DNA of 64,000 nucleotides from Alphaproteobacteria bacterium (GTDB lineage Bacteria; Pseudomonadota; Alphaproteobacteria; UBA7887): NCBI GenBank assembly GCA_965201155.1, contig OZ241752.1, positions 328,755 to 392,754 of the forward strand, read 5' to 3'. Shown piece by piece: positions 21,223 to 29,619 of this stretch (position 1 is its first letter; each line of letters starts with the position of its first letter). The notes under the pieces were generated by a model. It saw only the letters and a program-made list of their open reading frames with translations, ran no database searches and was not told where the DNA came from. The position numbers and the translations under genes were made by a program.

Positions 21223-21570
21223 ACCAGAGAGATATTCCGTGAAATCGAGAGACAGGAAGACAATCTTCTGAAATGGGCAACGGTAAACAGAGCAATATTC
21301 ACGACGCCGAGACCGGAGGAAGGGGCGTTTGTGGCAAGGATATACAAAGTCCCCCACTTCCAGGCAAACATTGAGAAAAAGAAGCTCGTCCGAGGCGGGA
21401 ATGTCGCGGATCCGTTCGTCGTCGCTAAGGCGGCCGTAATGGAAATGCCGGTGGTAACCGTCGAAAAATATCGCCCCAATGCTGCCAAGGTCCCCAACAT
21501 CTGCCAGCATTTCGGTGTGCCCTGCCTCAGCTTCGAAGAATTCATGCAGCACGAGGGCTGGCGATTTTGA
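21223..21570 (+). pseudogene. N-terminally truncated DUF4411/PIN-like family gene remnant (low-GC), cut by IS copy 1
   Basis: The ~115-aa reading frame continues out of the IS end and terminates ...DPFVVAKAAVMEMPVVTVEKYRPNAAKVPNICQHFGVPCLSFEEFMQHEGWRF. This resembles the C-terminal half of DUF4411 PIN-like proteins as I recall them (from memory, not searched). GC is ~50% against ~67% background. No start codon or N-terminal ~40 aa are present. Confidence 0.4.
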
Positions 21571-21581
21571 AACCGGCGCCA

Positions 21582-22760
21582 TCACACACCCGGACGATTC
21601 CGCCGTTCCTCCGCATCGTCCCGATACAGCCACTCCGGCCCCAGGTCCTTCAGGTCCGCCACACCGATCTGGCCCATCACATCGTCAATCTCTCCCCGCA
21701 GCAGCGCAATGGCGCGGCTGACGCCGGCGACCCCGGCCGCCGCCGCCCCGTAAAGCGCCGGCCGCCCCATGAACACGAACTCCGCGCCGAGACACATCGC
21801 GATCACCACTTCGGCGCCGCGGCGAATACCGCTGTCGAACATCACTGTCATGCGGTCGCCCACTGCGGCCTTTACCGCCGGCAGCACCTCCAGCGGCGAC
21901 GCCGCATAGTCAAGCTGGCGGGCGCCGTGATTGGACACCATCAGGCCATCCACCCCCAGCTCTGCCGCACGCAGCGCGTCCCCTTCATGCATAATGCCCT
22001 TGAGCACGAACGCCCCCGGCCACAGGCGGCGGAAATTCTCGACATCTTTCCAACTCATTGGCGCCGGCGACTGCGAGACAAGAAACGCCGCCACTTCGTC
22101 GGCGCTAGCCCCCGCGCCGGCATATGGCGCCCAGTTGGCAAACACCGGCATGCCGTGCCGCAGATATTCCGCCAGCCAGCGCGGATGGCGCAGCGCGTCG
22201 ATGCGGACCGACCACGGCATGCGAAGCGGGCGCACCAGGCCGTTGCGCAGATTGCGCTCGCGCTTCGGATGAATCGGCACATCCACCGTTACCACCAGCG
22301 TCGACAGCCCGGCATCCCTCGCACGGCGAATCATGTCCTCGGAAATCGACTTGTCACGCGCCGGATACATCTGGTACCAGCCATGATCGGGCGCCGTCCG
22401 ACCCAGTTCCTCGATCGTCGCGTTGCACGCGCCGGACATGATGAACGGTATGTTGGCGTCCCTCGCAGCCTCCGCCAGCATTAGGTCGCCGCCCCTGCGC
22501 ATGAGGCCCGCAAGACCCGTTGGCGCGACACCGAACGGTGATGCATAATCGCGGCCGAACAGCCTTGTGGTCTGGCTGCGCGACCGGATATCGACCATGT
22601 ATCGCGGAATCAGGCGGTGCTTGTGGAAGGCGGTCCGGTTGTGGCCCAGCCCCTCCTCGCCATGAACGCCGCCTTCGATATAGTCATAGGCAATGCGCGG
22701 CAGGTAGCGTTTCGCCATGCCCCGCAAATCTTCGAAATTGAGAGCGTCGCTTACCTTCAT
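21582..22760 (-). CDS. FMN-dependent alpha-hydroxy-acid dehydrogenase (L-lactate dehydrogenase/lactate oxidase family)
   Basis: 392 aa with the typical FMN_dh architecture (…SNHGARQLD…, GAEFVFMGRP). Confidence 0.8.
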   Translation of the reverse strand: MKVSDALNFEDLRGMAKRYLPRIAYDYIEGGVHGEEGLGHNRTAFHKHRLIPRYMVDIRSRSQTTRLFGRDYASPFGVAPTGLAGLMRRGGDLMLAEAARDANIPFIMSGACNATIEELGRTAPDHGWYQMYPARDKSISEDMIRRARDAGLSTLVVTVDVPIHPKRERNLRNGLVRPLRMPWSVRIDALRHPRWLAEYLRHGMPVFANWAPYAGAGASADEVAAFLVSQSPAPMSWKDVENFRRLWPGAFVLKGIMHEGDALRAAELGVDGLMVSNHGARQLDYAASPLEVLPAVKAAVGDRMTVMFDSGIRRGAEVVIAMCLGAEFVFMGRPALYGAAAAGVAGVSRAIALLRGEIDDVMGQIGVADLKDLGPEWLYRDDAEERRNRPGV

Positions 22761-22820
22761 GTCCGATACGTGAATGAGCCGCCCCGCGGGCGGCGGTTGA
22801 AGCAGGAACGCAAACCGCGT

Positions 22821-24038
22821 TTATCGGCGTGTGTGATGCCGTAGAAAGGCCGAAACGAGCGGCGCAATCGTCTCGCGCCATCGCCGACCGTTGAAGATAC
22901 CATAATGGCCAACGCCCGGTTGTTCATGGTCGGCGCGGAGCCGGTTCGGTATGTTTTCGCACAGGCCATGCGCCGCCCGGGTCTGCCCCGGCGGACAGAT
23001 ATCATCCAGACTGCCTTCGACCGTCATCAACGCCGACTGCGTGAGAGCCTGCGGCTCCACCGGGCGCCCGCGGCTGGCCATCACCCCGCGCGGCAGGTCG
23101 TGCTGCTGAAATACTGTGCGCACCGTCTGCAAAAAATACGCCGCGTCGAGATCCATCGTTGCGCGGTATTCCTCATAGAACCGGCGCGTCGCCGCGGCTT
23201 CCTCTCCGTCGCCGCGCACCAGATGCCGAAACATCACCCAATGGGCATTCACATGCCTGTCGAGATTCTGGCTCATGAAACCCGCAAGCTGCAGGAAACC
23301 GGGGTAAACCCGGCGCATCATGCCCGCATGGGGCCACGGAACGCGGCTGATCCCGTGGCTCTCGAACCACTCCAGCGGCAGGGATTCGGCGGCCCGGTTG
23401 ACCCGTGTGGGGTTGACCCGCGTGTCGATCGGCCCTCCCATCAGCACCATCGCCGGCGGTGTGGCGGGATCATTGTCCGCCGCCATCAACGCCGCCGCCG
23501 CAAGCACCGGAACCGCCGGCTGGCAAACCGCCATGACAGGCGTCCCTGGACCCAGATAACGCATCAGCGCGATGATCGTGTCGATATAGGCATCAAGGTC
23601 GAACACCCCTCGATAGAGCGGCACATCGCGAGCATCGGCCCAATCCGTGATGTAGAGATCGTGATCGGCCAGCAAGCGGCTGACCGTGCCTCGCAACAGC
23701 GTCGCAAAATGGCCTGACATCGGCGCAACAATCAGCAGCCGCGGACGCGCCGGCCCGGATTCGCGCTCGAAGTGCACCAGATCGCAAAAGTGCAGCGATG
23801 CCGCGATGCGCTCCGATGCGCCGGGTATATCGAACGCCGGTTTGCCGCGCCGGCGCGTCACCTGCTCGAAGAGATCGCACGCAGCCGCCACCGAACGCGC
23901 CGCGTGGGTGCCGCGAAACGGATTGAACGGATGATCGGCAACGAGGCGCGACTGCTGCGCCGCCAGACGCGCCGGCGCCAGCGACGCGCGGTGCAATTCA
24001 TAAAGGTGATACAGCAAGGCTCCGCCTCGGGTGAGCAC
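22821..24038 (-). CDS. phaZ: Intracellular polyhydroxyalkanoate (PHB) depolymerase, PhaZ family
   Basis: N-terminus LLYHLYELHRASLAPARLAAQ resembles the conserved PhaZ start MLYQLHEFQR. The ORF-track start is a GTG at 24038; the more likely start is a TTG at 24017, so that the protein begins M-LYHLYEL. Confidence 0.65.
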   Translation of the reverse strand: MLTRGGALLYHLYELHRASLAPARLAAQQSRLVADHPFNPFRGTHAARSVAAACDLFEQVTRRRGKPAFDIPGASERIAASLHFCDLVHFERESGPARPRLLIVAPMSGHFATLLRGTVSRLLADHDLYITDWADARDVPLYRGVFDLDAYIDTIIALMRYLGPGTPVMAVCQPAVPVLAAAALMAADNDPATPPAMVLMGGPIDTRVNPTRVNRAAESLPLEWFESHGISRVPWPHAGMMRRVYPGFLQLAGFMSQNLDRHVNAHWVMFRHLVRGDGEEAAATRRFYEEYRATMDLDAAYFLQTVRTVFQQHDLPRGVMASRGRPVEPQALTQSALMTVEGSLDDICPPGQTRAAHGLCENIPNRLRADHEQPGVGHYGIFNGRRWRETIAPLVSAFLRHHTRR

Positions 24039-24154
24039 GAACGATGTATACAGCGAATTGAAACGTCAGTGTACGATCACGACCGGCCGTGTTCCTCGCT
24101 GTTCATGGCCAGTTGTGGGATCGAGGCTGACAAGCCAGTTCTCACCCCGCTGCA

Positions 24155-24427
24155 TTACAGCAGTTCGTTGCCTATAGGCGGGGCGTCAAGCCATGCCCGG
24201 TCCCGATCTTCGGCCGGAGCGGTTTCGTCGCACTGCGCCAGCAGTTCTTCAGGCGTATAGTGCGGGCGGCCTCGTGGCGCGACGATCGAGCGGCGGCCCT
24301 CGACGCCAATATCTACCTTGGCGCCAGCCTGAAGGTCGAGGAGGTCAAGAAGAGCCGGGGGCACTGCGAGCATGACGGAACCGCCAACCTTGCGTAGATT
24401 CGTAGTATGCACGCGGCCCTCCCACAT
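24155..24427 (-). CDS. pemI: PemI/MazE-like (AbrB/SpoVT fold) type II antitoxin, orphan
   Basis: VHTTNLRKVGGSVMLAVPPALLDLLDLQAG...PHYTPEELLAQCD...DRAWLDAPPIGNELL aligns closely with my recollection of the R100 PemI sequence. The true start is probably the GTG at 24412. The IS copy-2 end lies ~25-40 bp upstream. There is no intact toxin gene downstream. Confidence 0.7.
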   Translation of the reverse strand: MWEGRVHTTNLRKVGGSVMLAVPPALLDLLDLQAGAKVDIGVEGRRSIVAPRGRPHYTPEELLAQCDETAPAEDRDRAWLDAPPIGNELL

Positions 24428-24448
24428 TAAATCTCAATGTAACTCATT

Positions 24449-25735
24449 ATGGGAGGCTCTCAAAATCGCCTACTTTTCTCATTTATGTTGTATAATCCGG
24501 GTTGTTGTCTCGGGAGGCGGATTTGATGGGCATGCCGGGTTTTTTCGATCTTGAAGAACGGTTCGCAAAGCTTGACGGATTGGGCGATCCGTTGGCGAAG
24601 CTGTCCGGTTCTGTGAACTGGGAAGGGTTTCGCCCGGCGCTGGACGCGGCACTGTCGAAGCCGCGCAAGAGCAATGCCGGTCGCAGGGAATACGACCGGG
24701 TTCTCATGTTCCGGGTTCTGGTCTTGCAGCAAATGTACAACCTGAGCGACGACCAGACAGAGTTCCAGATCCGGGACCGCTATTCGTTCGCCCGGTTCCT
24801 GGGGCTGCATCCCGAGGATACGGTGCCCGATGCAAAGACCATCTGGCGGTTTCGGGAGAACCTGAAACTCGCGGAGGCGTTTGACAGCCTGTTTTCGGAA
24901 CTGTCCTCGCAGATCGAGGACCAGGGCTATGTGGCGCGCAGGGGACAGATCGTGGATGCGAGCTTTGTGAAGGCGCCGCGTCAACGCAACAGCCGCGACG
25001 AGAACGCACAGGTGAAGGCGGGGAAGGTTCCGTCCGAATGGTCGCAGAAGAAGCGTCGTCACAAGGACACCGACGCACGCTGGACGCGCAAGAGAAATGA
25101 AACCCATTACGGATACAAGAACCACATCAGCGTGGACCGTGCGTATCGTCTTGTCCGTCGCTGGGAGGCGAGCGATGCGGCGTGTCACGACAGCAAGATG
25201 TTCGAACAGGTGCTTGATGAGACGAATACCAGTGGCGCTGTCTGGGCCGACAGTGCCTACAGCAGTCGCCACCATGAGGCGTTGCTGGCCGAACGAGGCT
25301 GGCGCAGCCACATTCACCGCAAGGGGCATCGCAACCGCCCCTTGCCTGTGCGCTCCCAGGAAGCCAACCGCAAGCGTTCGAAGGTGCGCGCGGTCGTCGA
25401 ACATGTCTTTGCTCAACACGAAGCGATGGGCGGCAAGCGGGTCAGGACTATCGGCATGGTCCGGGCACGCTTCAAGATCGGCATGATGAACCTGGTGTAC
25501 AACCTGCGCCGGCTTGTCTGGCTGCGGGCGAACCACCGGCCCCTCTGCTGCGACAGGGTTCAATAGAATGCCGAACACGGGGGGCCTATGTGCCCTGTGA
25601 ACCGTTTCAGGCTCTCCAACCGCTGTCGGGAACCGTTTTCCCCACCTGATCCGTAGTTCCACCGACTCTTTCATCCCCACAAAACCGACAAATCAACCAA
25701 GGAAAACAAGAAATCAAATTACGAGAGCCTCCCTG
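24449..25735 (+). mobile_element. IS5-family insertion sequence, copy 2 (~1.29 kb), transposase intact
   Basis: GGGAGGCTCTC terminal inverted repeats. The internal sequence is near-identical to copy 1. Confidence 0.8.
24526..25566 (+). CDS. IS5-family DDE transposase (intact)
   Basis: MGMPGFFDLEERFAKLDGLGDPL... with a DDE_Tnp_1-like body, 346-354 aa. The long antisense ORF (24460-25680) is treated as an artefact. Confidence 0.8.
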   Translation: MGMPGFFDLEERFAKLDGLGDPLAKLSGSVNWEGFRPALDAALSKPRKSNAGRREYDRVLMFRVLVLQQMYNLSDDQTEFQIRDRYSFARFLGLHPEDTVPDAKTIWRFRENLKLAEAFDSLFSELSSQIEDQGYVARRGQIVDASFVKAPRQRNSRDENAQVKAGKVPSEWSQKKRRHKDTDARWTRKRNETHYGYKNHISVDRAYRLVRRWEASDAACHDSKMFEQVLDETNTSGAVWADSAYSSRHHEALLAERGWRSHIHRKGHRNRPLPVRSQEANRKRSKVRAVVEHVFAQHEAMGGKRVRTIGMVRARFKIGMMNLVYNLRRLVWLRANHRPLCCDRVQ

Positions 25736-25983
25736 CAACCAACTACGCTACTGCGCCCTTGTTTCGCCGTAATGCAGTCATGGTCGCTTCGCAAATCCCC
25801 GGAAATCCCGGCGAATCCCACTTTGACCGAAAAACGCCAAAAGGAATCGCGCAATATTGTGGCAAATTCGGGGCAGCTGCGCCCTGAGGCCGACCGGCGA
25901 ACCCGCGTGGCAATCTTGCGCCGCACAGCGTTATGCTGCGCCGCGGGCAGCACACGCCGCCCCGTCCCGCCCGGAGCGCCGCC

Positions 25984-27492
25984 ATGGCCTATCGTAGTTT
26001 GCGCGAGTTCATCGACCGGCTGGAAGCCGAAGGCCGGATCATGCGCGTGTCGGAACCCGTATCGACCCATCTCGAAATGACCGAGATACAAACACGCCTG
26101 CTCGCGGAATCCGGCCCGGCCGTCATCTTCGAACACCCCGTCAGCCAGGATGGCTCCCGGTTCGACATGCCCGTGCTCGTCAACCTGTTCGGAACCGTCG
26201 ACCGCGTCGCACAGGGCATGGAACGACGCCCCGACCAACTGCGTGAAATCGGCGAGACCCTGGCTTTCCTGCGCCAACCCGAACCGCCCGGCGGATGGCG
26301 CGAAGCAGCAGCCCTGCTGCCCCTGCTCAAGGCCGTGGTCGCCATGCGCCCGCGCACCGTGCGCAGCGCCCCCGTGCAGGAAATCATCCACATCGGCGCC
26401 GACATCAACCTCGCCGACCTCCCCGTGCAGACCTGTTGGCCCGGCGAACCGGCGCCCCTCATCACCTGGCCTGTCGTCGTCACGGAAGGCCCCGGCGACA
26501 GCCCTGCCGACCGCTGCAATCTCGGCATCTACCGCATGCAGGTCACCGGGCGCGACCACACGCTGATGCGCTGGCTGCGCCATCGCGGCGGCGCCGGGCA
26601 CCACGCGCGCTGGGCGGCAGCCCACACCCGCCCGCTCCCTGCCGCTGTCGTCATCGGCGCCGACCCCGGAACCATCCTCGCTGCCGTCACTCCCGTGCCC
26701 GACACCCTTTCCGAATACCAGTTCGCCGGCCTCCTGCGCGGCGCAAGGGTGGAACTGGTGGACTGCAAGACAATCCCCCTCAAGGTCCCCGCCCACGCCG
26801 AAATCGTGCTCGAAGGCGAAGTCTCGCTCGACGATTACGACGATGAGGGACCTTATGGCGATCACACGGGATACTATAACGCGGTCGAACCCTTCCCCCG
26901 CTTTCGCGTTCGCGCAGTCACGCGCCGCGCGGACGCCATCTATCTGTCCACCTTCACCGGCCGCCCGCCCGACGAACCCAGCATATTGGGCGAAGCCCTG
27001 AATGAACTGTTCATCCCCCTCATCCGCCAGCAATTCCCCGAAATCGTGGATTTCTGGCTGCCCCCCGAAGGATGCAGCTACCGCATCGCCGTGGTCTCCA
27101 TGCGCAAGGCGTATCCCGGCCATGCCAAACGCGTCATGATGGCCGTCTGGTCCTATTTGCGGCAGTTTCTCTACACGAAATTTGTTATTGTCGTGGATGA
27201 TGATGTGGATGCGCGCGACTGGCGCGACGTAATGTGGGCCGTCGCCACGCGCATGGACCCGGCGCGCGACGTGACCGTTGTCGAACGCACCCCCATTGAC
27301 TATCTGGACTTCGCCAGCCCGGAAGAAGGACTGGGCGGCAAGATGGGCCTCGATGCGACCAACAAGATGCCCCCTGAAACCACCCGGCAATGGGGAACGC
27401 CCATCCGCATGACCGACGACGTCATCGACATCGTCAGCCGTAAATGGCCGCGCTACGGACTGCCCGGCAGCGGACGGCCAATCTGGAAATGA
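25984..27492 (+). CDS. ubiD: UbiD-family decarboxylase (4-hydroxy-3-polyprenylbenzoate decarboxylase)
   Basis: The [22 protein letters not shown] start matches UbiD N-termini. ~500 aa. Start reset to the ATG at 25984. Confidence 0.85.
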   Translation: MAYRSLREFIDRLEAEGRIMRVSEPVSTHLEMTEIQTRLLAESGPAVIFEHPVSQDGSRFDMPVLVNLFGTVDRVAQGMERRPDQLREIGETLAFLRQPEPPGGWREAAALLPLLKAVVAMRPRTVRSAPVQEIIHIGADINLADLPVQTCWPGEPAPLITWPVVVTEGPGDSPADRCNLGIYRMQVTGRDHTLMRWLRHRGGAGHHARWAAAHTRPLPAAVVIGADPGTILAAVTPVPDTLSEYQFAGLLRGARVELVDCKTIPLKVPAHAEIVLEGEVSLDDYDDEGPYGDHTGYYNAVEPFPRFRVRAVTRRADAIYLSTFTGRPPDEPSILGEALNELFIPLIRQQFPEIVDFWLPPEGCSYRIAVVSMRKAYPGHAKRVMMAVWSYLRQFLYTKFVIVVDDDVDARDWRDVMWAVATRMDPARDVTVVERTPIDYLDFASPEEGLGGKMGLDATNKMPPETTRQWGTPIRMTDDVIDIVSRKWPRYGLPGSGRPIWK

Positions 27493-27505
27493 CCCCGGAG
27501 ACCCA

Positions 27506-28840
27506 ATGATTGACGACAGGGACGACCTCAACCGCCTGCACGACTTGATCGCCGACGCAAGACGCGCCGGCGCCGACGCCGCCGACGCCGTTCTGGAGCG
27601 CAGCGAAGCTCTGGAAGCCGCATGGCGCATGGGCGAAAACGAAGGCGTCGAACGCGCCGAATCCGCAGAACTCGGCCTGCGCGTCTTCGTCGGCCGGCGC
27701 CAGGCCGTCGTCTCGACAACCGATTTCAGCGCCGGAGCGCGCAGCGAACTCGTGAGCCGCGCCCTTTCCATGGCGCACGCCGTGCCCGAAGATCCCCATT
27801 GCGGCCTGCCGGAACCCGATGCACCCCCGCCCGCACTTGATCTCGCCGACCCCGACGAGCCCGATTCCGGCGCCCTCATCCACGCAGCTGCCGCCGCCGA
27901 GGACGCGGCGCGCGCCGTACCGGGCGTAACCAATTCCGAAGGCGCCGAGGCCAGTTGGCGCCGCACCACTACCGCCCTGGCGGCCAGCAACCGGTTTTCC
28001 GGACGCTACTGTACCACCCGCTTCATGGTCGTCGCATCGGTGGTCGCCGGCAAGGACACCGCCATGGAGCGCGACTACGAATATCATATGTCGCGCTATC
28101 GCCGGACCCTCGACGCGCCGGAAGATATCGGCCGCCGCGCCGGGGAACGCGCCGTTCGTCGGCTCAACCCGCGCAAACAGGAGAGCGGGCAAATGCCTGT
28201 GGTATTCGACCCGCGCGTATCCGGCGGCTTCATGCGCCTGTTTGCGGCCCTGATTTCCGGCTCCGCCATCACACGCGGCACCAGTTGCCTGCAAGACCGG
28301 CGGAACGACCAACTGTTCCCGGCCGACATGACCATTATCGACGACCCGCACCGCTTGCGCGGCCTCTCGTCACGGCCGTTTGACGGAGAAGGCATGACCG
28401 GCCAACGACTCAATGTGGTCGAAAACGGCATATTGAAGGAGTGGCTTCTGGATTCGCGCTCGGCGCGGCAACTGAACCTGCCCGCCACCGGGCACGCCGC
28501 GCGCGAGCCCTCCAGCACGCCCATGCCCGCGCCGAGCAATCTCTATATCGCCCCCGGCGCCGACACCCCGGAAGCCCTGGTCGGTGCCATCGACACCGGA
28601 TTCTATGTCACCGAAATGATGGGAATGAGCTTCAACAGCACAACCGGAGACTACAGCCGCGGCGCTTCCGGTTTCTGGATCGAAAACGGTGAAATCACCC
28701 ATCCGGTGAGCGAGATGACCGTCGCAGGCAACCTGCTCGACATGTTTGCCGCCATGGCCCCCGCTTCCGACCTCGAGTTCCGTTACGGCCTCGACGCACC
28801 GACCCTGCGCATCGACGACATGACCGTCGCCGGACTGTGA
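27506..28840 (+). CDS. TldD/PmbA family metalloprotease (PmbA-like)
   Basis: 444 aa with a PmbA_TldD-family body. The stop overlaps the next gene's start (GTGA). Confidence 0.85.
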   Translation: MIDDRDDLNRLHDLIADARRAGADAADAVLERSEALEAAWRMGENEGVERAESAELGLRVFVGRRQAVVSTTDFSAGARSELVSRALSMAHAVPEDPHCGLPEPDAPPPALDLADPDEPDSGALIHAAAAAEDAARAVPGVTNSEGAEASWRRTTTALAASNRFSGRYCTTRFMVVASVVAGKDTAMERDYEYHMSRYRRTLDAPEDIGRRAGERAVRRLNPRKQESGQMPVVFDPRVSGGFMRLFAALISGSAITRGTSCLQDRRNDQLFPADMTIIDDPHRLRGLSSRPFDGEGMTGQRLNVVENGILKEWLLDSRSARQLNLPATGHAAREPSSTPMPAPSNLYIAPGADTPEALVGAIDTGFYVTEMMGMSFNSTTGDYSRGASGFWIENGEITHPVSEMTVAGNLLDMFAAMAPASDLEFRYGLDAPTLRIDDMTVAGL

Positions 28841-29619
28841 GCGGCGCACTGCCCGCCGACCATGCCTTGCTGTGCCGCGCTGTTCGCGCAGCCGGCGCTG
28901 TCGCCCTCGACTATTTTCACAACGGCTTCGACGTTCGTGAAAAAAACCCGGGCGACCCGGTCACCAATGCCGACATCGCCGTCGATGACGCACTGCGCGA
29001 GGCACTGCTCGCAGACCGCGACGGCTACGGATGGTTGTCGGAAGAGAGCGAAACCCGCGCCCCCCAGACCGACCCCCGCCGCGTATGGGTTGTCGACCCC
29101 ATCGACGGCACCCGCGGCTTCGTCGCCGGCAATCATGAATGGGCGGTGAGCGCCGCCCTCGTCGAAGCCGGGCAGCCGGTCGCCGCCTGCATTTTCAATC
29201 CCGCCGATGATGCGTTCTACGACGCCTCGCTGGGAAGCGGCGTGCGCCGCAACGGCGCAACCGTGCACGCTTCCCGCCAGGAACGTCTCACCGACGCCGT
29301 ACTCGGCTCCAGCCGGCACGAACAGCGCCGCGCCTTGTGGCGCTATCGTTTCCCGGAAACCGAGATTCGCATCGTCGACGCCATCGCCTGGAAACTTGCC
29401 CTCGTCGCCGACGGCAGCCTTGACGGCTTGATCGCCCTGCGGCCCAAAAGCGATTGGGACCTCGCCGCCGGCGACCTTCTGGTGCGCGAAGCCGGCGGCA
29501 TCGTCACCGCACCCGATGGCGAACCCCTGGACTATGACGGGCGCCGCGTGCGCAAACCGGGCGTGGTCGCCGGCGCTGCCATCCTCCATTCGCGGCTGTT
29601 GGCCCGGCTGCGTCCGTGA
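28837..29619 (+). CDS. Inositol monophosphatase family protein (CysQ-like 3'(2'),5'-bisphosphate nucleotidase)
   Basis: WVVDPIDGTRGF and WDLAAGDLLVREAGG IMPase motifs. GTG start overlapping the pmbA stop. Confidence 0.75.
   Translation: MSGALPADHALLCRAVRAAGAVALDYFHNGFDVREKNPGDPVTNADIAVDDALREALLADRDGYGWLSEESETRAPQTDPRRVWVVDPIDGTRGFVAGNHEWAVSAALVEAGQPVAACIFNPADDAFYDASLGSGVRRNGATVHASRQERLTDAVLGSSRHEQRRALWRYRFPETEIRIVDAIAWKLALVADGSLDGLIALRPKSDWDLAAGDLLVREAGGIVTAPDGEPLDYDGRRVRKPGVVAGAAILHSRLLARLRP

Noticed and set aside
24460-25680. 406-aa ORF antisense to the IS5 transposase (also present, frameshifted, in copy 1)
   Set aside because: It completely overlaps the DDE transposase on the opposite strand and has no motif. 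IS5-group elements encode a single transposase. This is a GC-driven artefact.
19931-25735. Attempt to explain the IS flanks by an inversion between the two IS copies (swapped target-site duplications)
   Set aside because: None of the 3-4-bp flank combinations (TACA, TTAT, TTAT, TGCA) pair up as direct repeats before or after a hypothetical inversion. No conclusion about TSDs or inversion history can be drawn from the sequence alone.
25736-25900. Search for the missing 3' part of the Sel1 gene or the missing 5' part of the DUF4411 gene beyond the second IS copy
   Set aside because: Translations in all frames and on both strands show only chance similarity (for example, 9 of 13 nt to a Sel1 repeat) and no Sel1 or PIN N-terminal motifs. 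The missing parts are not adjacent.
25714-27990. 758-aa minus-strand ORF across ubiD and pmbA
   Set aside because: It is antisense to two conserved genes, including across their junction. The translation is low-complexity.
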